Shown: in pieces, positions 27,197-32,470 of the stretch
Layout: each line of letters opens with the position of its first letter
How positions within the stretch are numbered: the first letter of the stretch is position 1
Origin: an uncultured Desulfovibrionaceae bacterium
GTDB taxonomy: Bacteria; Bacillota; Dethiobacteria; DTU022; UBA8154
Assembly (NCBI GenBank): GCA_964597455.1
Contig: CAZQXY010000001.1
Location: 5,034 to 37,503 of the forward strand
Direction of reading: 5' to 3'
Length of the DNA stretch: 32,470 nucleotides
The notes under the pieces: model-generated
Told to the model about the DNA's origin: nothing
The model's input: the letters and a program-made list of their open reading frames with translations, nothing else
Databases searched by the model: none
Made by a program: the position numbers and the translations under genes

Positions 27197-29128
27197 TCAG
27201 GGAAAAAATAAGACATCTATGGCGTGATATTCATTGTCCCTCAGCTCCATCAAGACAACCTGCCCCGTTCCAACCCCCTCAGCAGTGATCAGCTCTCCCT
27301 GATATGTTCCCTCGAATACTGTTTTTGTCCCCTCTACATCCTCGACGTATACCTTGATCACCTGCCCCCGGGAAACCAGGGGATCAATTTCAAAAGTATA
27401 TGTTTTATATGAATCGGGATCTATCCCCTCGCTAATAACAAGTTCAACGGAGTCCCCCGCCTGGACCATTTCGCCGCTTGCGGGAAACTGTGATATTACC
27501 CGCCCCTCCGGAACCTCGTCCGAATATTCTTCTTTTACTTCGCGTAAAACAAGTCCGTAGAGGTTTAGCCATTCCTGTACATCTTCCAGTTCCCAATCCC
27601 GGAAACTGCGCATCGAAAAAGGCTGCTTGCCATCGCTTAGCACGACCCGGACTTCCTCTCCCCTGGCTAATTGAAAATCTTTACCGGGATCCTGTCTGAT
27701 CACATAGTCGGGGGCGATCTCATCGTTGTATTCCCGATCAACCTTCATATTCAAACCCAGATCGCTCAACATCAAACGTGCTTCCAGCTGTGTACTGCCG
27801 ACTAAATACGGGACTTCCACTAAATCCGGCCCTAGACTTAATACAAGCTCAATTTCTCTCTCCTGTTTAACACTTCTTTCTGCGGGAGGTTCCTGTGAAA
27901 TAATGTGATCCTTAGGTACAGTATCGTTATATTCCTCCCTGGCAACCCTGTAACTGAGCCCTAAAGAATCGAGCTCTTCTTCCGCTTCCACCAAGCTTTT
28001 ACCTTTTAAATCGGGCATGGGGACTTCCGGCACATGCAGAAAGTTATAAATAAATCTGTAACCAATAAAAACAACCGCGAATAGCAAGAGAAACAAACCG
28101 GTATAGATAATTATTTTCTTATATGAAAACTTCTTCTTTGAAGGCCTCTTTTTCTTTAACATAATTTCTTCCGGCTCCTCGGGAGTTGTATCATTGAGGC
28201 CCTGATGCTCCTTGTACAATGCATATGACTGCAAGCGCTTGACCAAAGAATTGTTTACATAGTTTACCTCATTTTCGCCTTTTAACCATTCCTCCAGTTC
28301 ATCCCTGAACTGCGCCGCACTTGCATAACGCAGATTATGATCCTTGAGCATGGCCTTCATGACGATATTTTCCAGCTCCGGAGGCAGACCCTCAACCAGT
28401 TTCCCGGGGGGAACGATATCCTCCTGCAAATGCTTTAAGGCTATAGAGATAGGGCTCTCTCCGGAGAAAGGAACTGCACCCGTCAGCAACTCATAAAAAA
28501 CAACTCCCAGAGAATAGATATCAGACCTTGGATCAGCATAGTGCCCCCGGGCTTGCTCCGGAGAAGAATAATGAACTGAACCAAGAAGTGACTTTCCATA
28601 TGTTATCGTTGCATCTACGGCAGCTCTTGCTATGCCAAAATCGGTAACCTTTACCCTGCCTTCAGAGGTTATAATAATATTTTGCGGTTTAATATCCCGG
28701 TGGATTATCTTTTGACCATGAGCATGGGCCAGAGCATCACATATCTGTAATACGATCTGCGCCGCCTCAGTTGGTTTCAGTTGTCCGTCCCGTTGGATAA
28801 TATTCTTCAGGGTAAAACCATCCACGTACTCCATAATAATATAATGGATATTGCCTTCCTCTCCTTCATCATAGACGTTCACAATTGAAGGGTGGGAAAG
28901 CTTGGCCGCCGCTTTAGCCTCCTGTTTGAACCGGCGTAAAAAATCAGGGTCACCGGCAAATTGCTCGTAAAGTATCTTAACAGCTACGGGGCGGTTTAAT
29001 TTCGTATCCACCCCCCTGTACACCCTGGCCATTCCGCCTTCGCCGATATTTTCAATTATTTTATAACGATTTCCCAAAAGCATTCCGGGCATCTTTTGCA
29101 CAATATTTTCACCCTTTAACTTATGCAT
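27197..29128 (-). CDS. pknB: PASTA-domain Ser/Thr protein kinase
   Basis: GEGGMARVY, HRDIKPQN and DFG kinase motifs, one TM helix, three PASTA repeats and a C-terminal beta-rich domain. The ATG overlaps the phosphatase stop by 8 nt. Confidence 0.95.
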   Translation of the reverse strand: MHKLKGENIVQKMPGMLLGNRYKIIENIGEGGMARVYRGVDTKLNRPVAVKILYEQFAGDPDFLRRFKQEAKAAAKLSHPSIVNVYDEGEEGNIHYIIMEYVDGFTLKNIIQRDGQLKPTEAAQIVLQICDALAHAHGQKIIHRDIKPQNIIITSEGRVKVTDFGIARAAVDATITYGKSLLGSVHYSSPEQARGHYADPRSDIYSLGVVFYELLTGAVPFSGESPISIALKHLQEDIVPPGKLVEGLPPELENIVMKAMLKDHNLRYASAAQFRDELEEWLKGENEVNYVNNSLVKRLQSYALYKEHQGLNDTTPEEPEEIMLKKKRPSKKKFSYKKIIIYTGLFLLLFAVVFIGYRFIYNFLHVPEVPMPDLKGKSLVEAEEELDSLGLSYRVAREEYNDTVPKDHIISQEPPAERSVKQEREIELVLSLGPDLVEVPYLVGSTQLEARLMLSDLGLNMKVDREYNDEIAPDYVIRQDPGKDFQLARGEEVRVVLSDGKQPFSMRSFRDWELEDVQEWLNLYGLVLREVKEEYSDEVPEGRVISQFPASGEMVQAGDSVELVISEGIDPDSYKTYTFEIDPLVSRGQVIKVYVEDVEGTKTVFEGTYQGELITAEGVGTGQVVLMELRDNEYHAIDVLFFP

Positions 29129-29876
29129 AACATATTAATTCAAAAGTAATATTGTCGGGACCGCCGAGCTCGTTGGCTTTGTTTAAAAGCTTGTCGGCTG
29201 CCTTTTCCAGACGGTCGCCCTCCAGGCAATTATATTGTAAGAGTATTTCCCCTATTTCAGCAGGCCGGAGCACGCTTGTTAATCCATCCGTACATAGTAA
29301 TATACAGTCGCCGGATTTTATACTTTTTGTATAAAAATCAACAACTAAAGACGGAGATGTCCCCAACGCCCTGGTAAGCAAATGACGCTGCGGGTGATCG
29401 TATACTTCATCAGGCCCAATTTCTCCGTTCTTCAGCAGCTCCGTTACCAGGGAATGATCTTCGGTAATCTGAACATACCCTGAGTTATTAAAAAGGTAAG
29501 CCTGGCTGTCACCAATATGACCGACCAGCAACTCCTGATGAAAAAAAACGGCCACAGTAAAAGTAGTGCCCATTCCTTTTAAATCAGCTAATTGATTCTG
29601 TATATTGAGAATCTCTTTATTTGCTTCAAAGATAATTTCCTCTAAAAAAACTTTCATTTCGGTGAGGTTATAATGCAGCAATTTTTCTGAATACTTGGAG
29701 ATATTTTTTTCTAAAGTGTCAATAGATAGCGAACTTGCCACTTCACCAGCAGCATGTCCCCCCATACCATCAGCAACAGCAAAAATGAACGGTCCGAATT
29801 CAGGAGGTATAAAAAAGCAGTCTTCGTTTTTATCACGAATGCAACCCGGGTGGGACCGGACTGTAAATCTCAGCAT
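29121..29876 (-). CDS. stp: PP2C-family Ser/Thr phosphatase (Stp/PrpC type)
   Basis: 251 aa. NEDCF, VADGMGGHAAGE and LLCTDGL motifs. Conserved pairing with the PASTA kinase. Confidence 0.93.
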   Translation of the reverse strand: MLRFTVRSHPGCIRDKNEDCFFIPPEFGPFIFAVADGMGGHAAGEVASSLSIDTLEKNISKYSEKLLHYNLTEMKVFLEEIIFEANKEILNIQNQLADLKGMGTTFTVAVFFHQELLVGHIGDSQAYLFNNSGYVQITEDHSLVTELLKNGEIGPDEVYDHPQRHLLTRALGTSPSLVVDFYTKSIKSGDCILLCTDGLTSVLRPAEIGEILLQYNCLEGDRLEKAADKLLNKANELGGPDNITFELICYA

Positions 29877-29912
29877 TCTCTTCCCCTCACCATTCCCTCG
29901 CCTGTGTTAGTA

Positions 29913-29941
29913 AGTATAACAAAAACAAAAAGGAAAAGCAA
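29913..29941 (-). promoter_or_regulatory. Candidate sigma-A promoter for stp-pknB
   Basis: On the minus strand, TTGCTT (29941..29936), a 17-nt spacer, then TATACT (29918..29913), about 35 nt upstream of the stp ATG and its GGTGAGGGG SD. Confidence 0.4.
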
Positions 29942-29975
29942 TGGAAGTGGTGATGTCTATGTTATCCCAATGGAG

Positions 29976-30032
29976 TGCGACAGCGGGGACTGCGACAGCG
30001 GGGACGGTTCTCCCTGTCGCATCGTTGTCGCA
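29976..30032. repeat. Composite element: perfect 15-nt tandem direct repeat plus two inverted TGTCGCA arms
   Basis: TGCGACAGCGGGGAC occurs at 29976..29990 and 29991..30005. The complement heptamer TGTCGCA occurs at 30015..30021 and 30026..30032. A 12-bp bulged hairpin spans 29992..30020 with loop CGGT. Confidence 0.65.
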
Positions 30033-30042
30033 AACCGGCCTT

Positions 30043-31341
30043 TTATTGCAGGTAACGCCAGAATATGTCCTCTGTCTCCCAAAGAACCTCCTCCAAACGT
30101 TTGTGATCCTCGGGAGAGAACTTTTTGTCAGGTGAAAGATTGCTTTCTTCGGGGAAAAACCGATCATCTTCTTCAGCGCTTCCCGCATTTAATGTCTCTT
30201 CTAATATAGTATCCTCAACAGGCAGGACCTTGAATTTCCATCTTCCATTTTCCAGATATTTATGGACCCAGGTAGGAGTAATATCCTGAATTGCTACCTC
30301 TACTTCATTTAACTGATGATTTTTTGTTAGCTGAAGATATAGGATAATACCCGCATCGGAATAACGCCATCGCTGGTTGGAGATAAAATTACCCAGCGAA
30401 TATAAAACAAGTCCTTGGGAGTTTTCAGTTTTTATGATCTCCGCTGGTTGGATAACATGAGGATGAGTTCCGATAACAACATCAACTCCGGAATCAATCA
30501 ACCTCTCAGCCAGTTCCCTCTGCCCTTCAGCAGGCAGGCGCTCATACTCGTTTCCCCAGTGCATACTCACGACAACCAAATCCGCTTCTTCGGTATTTTT
30601 GGCCCGATAAACATCGCTTTTAATTCGCTCCTCATCAATTAGCGATACCAGATAATCCCGGCCTGACGGCAGGGGAATTCCGTTTGTCCCGTATGTATAG
30701 GCATAAAATATAATCTTAATGTCATTTTTAAAGAAGATAAAACCTCTTTCTTTTTCCTCCTGGCTGCGCGCAGTACCGACATAATTCAGCCCTGCAGCTT
30801 TGAGATTATCAATTGTCTTTATCACTCCATCCGCACCGCTGTCCATGGAATGGTTATTTGCAGTAAACAGCAAATCAAAACCGTTGTCTTTTAAAGCAGC
30901 AGCCAGTTCTGCCGGAGAATTAAAAAGGGGATAGCCACTATAGCCCTTTTCAGCACCGGCCAGGGTAGTTTCAAAATTTCCCACTACAAAATCAGCTTTT
31001 TGCAAATGGGAAGCGATATCGCTAAAGCACTCGTGAAAGTTGTAAATCCCCTTATGATGGTCGTAAGCGCTCGAGAGCTGCGGGCTGTGTACCATAATAT
31101 CCCCAACCGCAGCAAGCAGCAGTCTGCTGACATTATTCTTCTCTTCCTTATTATCATCATTAACATCGCTAAGATTCTTCACTAATGATTCATGGAGCAG
31201 CTCCTTTTCATATCTTAATTCTATATCTTCCGCAATGCTATTATTATTGGCCGGACCGAAGGAACAACTGCTTGAGAAAAAGAATAGCATACAAAATATG
31301 AACATCAATAGAGATAACGGTTCTTTTTTACTCATACGCAT
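30043..31341 (-). CDS. CapA-family (PGA_cap metallophosphatase-like) putative lipoprotein
   Basis: Signal peptide ending FFFSSSC. Motifs AAVGDIMVH, GNFETTL, TANNHSMDSG, SMHWGNEY, GTHPHVIQP and YSLGNFISNQ. The start may be the second ATG (31335), given GGGGAGGGAG spacing. Confidence 0.85.
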   Translation of the reverse strand: MRMSKKEPLSLLMFIFCMLFFFSSSCSFGPANNNSIAEDIELRYEKELLHESLVKNLSDVNDDNKEEKNNVSRLLLAAVGDIMVHSPQLSSAYDHHKGIYNFHECFSDIASHLQKADFVVGNFETTLAGAEKGYSGYPLFNSPAELAAALKDNGFDLLFTANNHSMDSGADGVIKTIDNLKAAGLNYVGTARSQEEKERGFIFFKNDIKIIFYAYTYGTNGIPLPSGRDYLVSLIDEERIKSDVYRAKNTEEADLVVVSMHWGNEYERLPAEGQRELAERLIDSGVDVVIGTHPHVIQPAEIIKTENSQGLVLYSLGNFISNQRWRYSDAGIILYLQLTKNHQLNEVEVAIQDITPTWVHKYLENGRWKFKVLPVEDTILEETLNAGSAEEDDRFFPEESNLSPDKKFSPEDHKRLEEVLWETEDIFWRYLQ

Positions 31342-31373
31342 ACTCCCTCCCCGGCGTTATACCTGTTCGTTAT

Positions 31374-31382
31374 ATTTTACCA
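31374..31382 (-). promoter_or_regulatory. Candidate extended -10 element (TGGTAAAAT) for the capA-like gene
   Basis: Read on the minus strand about 30 nt upstream of the ATG. There is no good -35. Confidence 0.25.
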
Positions 31383-31417
31383 TATCCAAACTTGATAAAC
31401 CATAAACATAAATCGAA

Positions 31418-31465
31418 CCCCAAAAACCATCTAAATGTTTGCCCAAAAAACCATCTAAAAGTTTG
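31418..31465. repeat. Two abutting 24-nt direct repeats (22/24 identical)
   Basis: CCCCAAAAACCATCTAAATGTTTG (31418..31441) and CCCAAAAAACCATCTAAAAGTTTG (31442..31465). Confidence 0.75.
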
Positions 31466-31471
31466 ACGTTG

Positions 31472-31480
31472 TGTTATAAT
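31472..31480 (+). promoter_or_regulatory. Candidate extended -10 element (TGTTATAAT) for the SEC-C-motif gene
   Basis: Lies about 65 nt upstream of ATG 31546. The -35 position falls inside repeat copy 2 and is poor (CATCTA). Confidence 0.3.
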
Positions 31481-31545
31481 GTTATAAAAAGGGCTGATCT
31501 GCACGGGTAAACCAATATCATGCCATTTTAAGAAAAGGTGGTATT

Positions 31546-32271
31546 ATGACCATGAAAATCGGACGAAACGATCCTTGTCCCTGCGGAAGCGGGAAAAAAT
31601 ACAAAAAATGCTGCCTGGGTAAAGATAACCCGGTTGGATTACCTCCCGGGGCATCACTTGGAAATAAGGAGCTCATTGAACTCAATAATTTGCTGAAGCG
31701 TGGATATGAACTGATGGAAAAAGGTGATACCCTTACCGGCTGCGATACCTGGCTCACTTTCTGGCAAATTTTGAAAACCTACCATATCCCGCCGATGAGA
31801 TCGATTGAGGATGCGCAGAAAATCCATGAATTCGATCAATTTCTTTATAACTGGTGCCAGGATTTAATGATGGCCCTGGAAGAAGCAGCGAGGGAGGAAA
31901 ACGAGTACTATAAAAAGCTGATCACCTACTGCGAGGAGTTTTGCAAGCTTTTCCCGGAAACGGATAAAGATGTTCTGGAAAATATGAAAAGATCGCTGGC
32001 AGAGGCATATTTCGGTTTGGGTATGACAGAACGGGGTGAAGAAGAATTCAAAGCCCTGGTCAATGAATACCCCGATTCTGTTTGGCCCTACATCGGTTGG
32101 GGGGATATGTATTATCTCTACCGATTGAACGAAAAAGTTCCTGCAGATTACGATAAAGCTCAAAGCATCTACGAAGAAGCGCTGAAAAAAGATCTTGATG
32201 GTAAAGAAGAGGTGCTCCACAGGCTTGAGATCCCAGGGCAAAAGCTGAAAAAAATAATTCATGAAGGCTGA
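31546..32271 (+). CDS. SEC-C metal-binding motif protein with an alpha-helical (TPR-like) body
   Basis: N-terminal [18 protein letters not shown]. The remainder is helical-repeat-like with no recognisable catalytic motif. Confidence 0.8.
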   Translation: MTMKIGRNDPCPCGSGKKYKKCCLGKDNPVGLPPGASLGNKELIELNNLLKRGYELMEKGDTLTGCDTWLTFWQILKTYHIPPMRSIEDAQKIHEFDQFLYNWCQDLMMALEEAAREENEYYKKLITYCEEFCKLFPETDKDVLENMKRSLAEAYFGLGMTERGEEEFKALVNEYPDSVWPYIGWGDMYYLYRLNEKVPADYDKAQSIYEEALKKDLDGKEEVLHRLEIPGQKLKKIIHEG

Positions 32272-32470
32272 ACGCACTGAGGGGGCGCATATCATCATCA
32301 CTAACAATCTTGAGTTCCCCAAGCATCCACGATAGACAGCCCCTCTTCATGAAGAGCCGCCAGATTTTGGAAACTTCGCGCCTGTTGTGTGAAAAATTCG
32401 ACGGGGAAGTTCCCCAAGGAAGCACGAAGGATAATTTTATTATTTATTTTGCACCAAACATTGATTAACA

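Noticed and set aside
29907-30188. Small ORFs across the repeat element: 93 aa on the minus strand, 64 aa on the plus strand (29941..30135), and a 21-aa ORF starting at ATG 30022 on the minus strand.
   Set aside because: They overlap the capA-like 3' end out of frame or antisense. Their repetitive peptides (VPAVAVPAVA, TAGTATAGT) are a by-product of the DNA repeat, and none has an SD.
31864-32425. Minus-strand ORFs of 152 aa and 121 aa antisense to the SEC-C-motif gene.
   Set aside because: They are largely contained within the better-supported plus-strand gene, have odd composition (F, C, R, W rich) and have no SD.
1-32470. I searched by eye for CRISPR arrays, tRNA or rRNA genes, transposases, integrases, toxin-antitoxin pairs and known defence genes.
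   Set aside because: None was recognisable. The only repeats are the short ones listed above. All large ORFs have housekeeping or simple enzyme assignments.

Overview
This window is a densely packed core-genome segment of a Firmicutes/Clostridia-type chromosome. The Peptococcaceae/Desulfotomaculum-like lineage guess comes only from gene order and protein motifs.

About 30 of 32 genes lie on the minus strand, mostly with gaps of 0-25 nt or small overlaps. Read along the minus strand from high to low coordinates, the order is:
- a CapA-family lipoprotein
- stp-pknB-rsgA-rpe
- ribD-ribE-ribBA-ribH
- polA-mutM-coaE and an SLT transglycosylase
- a small accessory-looking block: LigD-type 3'-phosphoesterase, macrodomain, PaaI thioesterase and a NusG-domain-II membrane protein
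- yceD-rpmF-plsX-fabH-fabD-fabG-acpP-fabF
- rnc-smc-ftsY
- ylxM-ffh-rpsP, a KH protein and rimM

Only a GNAT acetyltransferase and a SEC-C-motif protein are on the plus strand. I see no rRNA, tRNA, CRISPR array, transposase or phage gene.

Several ORF-track models are N-terminally over-extended (KH protein, rpsP, acpP, rpmF, coaE, ribBA, GNAT). I re-called their starts from Shine-Dalgarno spacing.

I do not see a convincing novel multi-gene system; most of the window is ordinary housekeeping DNA. The items most worth a second look are:
1. The orphan LigD-phosphoesterase/macrodomain/thioesterase operon.
2. A rib operon with no room for an FMN riboswitch.
3. A composite element upstream of the stp-pknB promoter: a perfect 15-nt tandem repeat with inverted arms.
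4. Two abutting 24-nt direct repeats in the capA-like/SEC-C divergent promoter region.
5. An acidic insertion of about 75 aa carrying a hexanucleotide microsatellite in PolA.
6. A probable non-canonical (CTG) start for rsgA.

All functional calls rest on motif recognition by eye. No searches were run.
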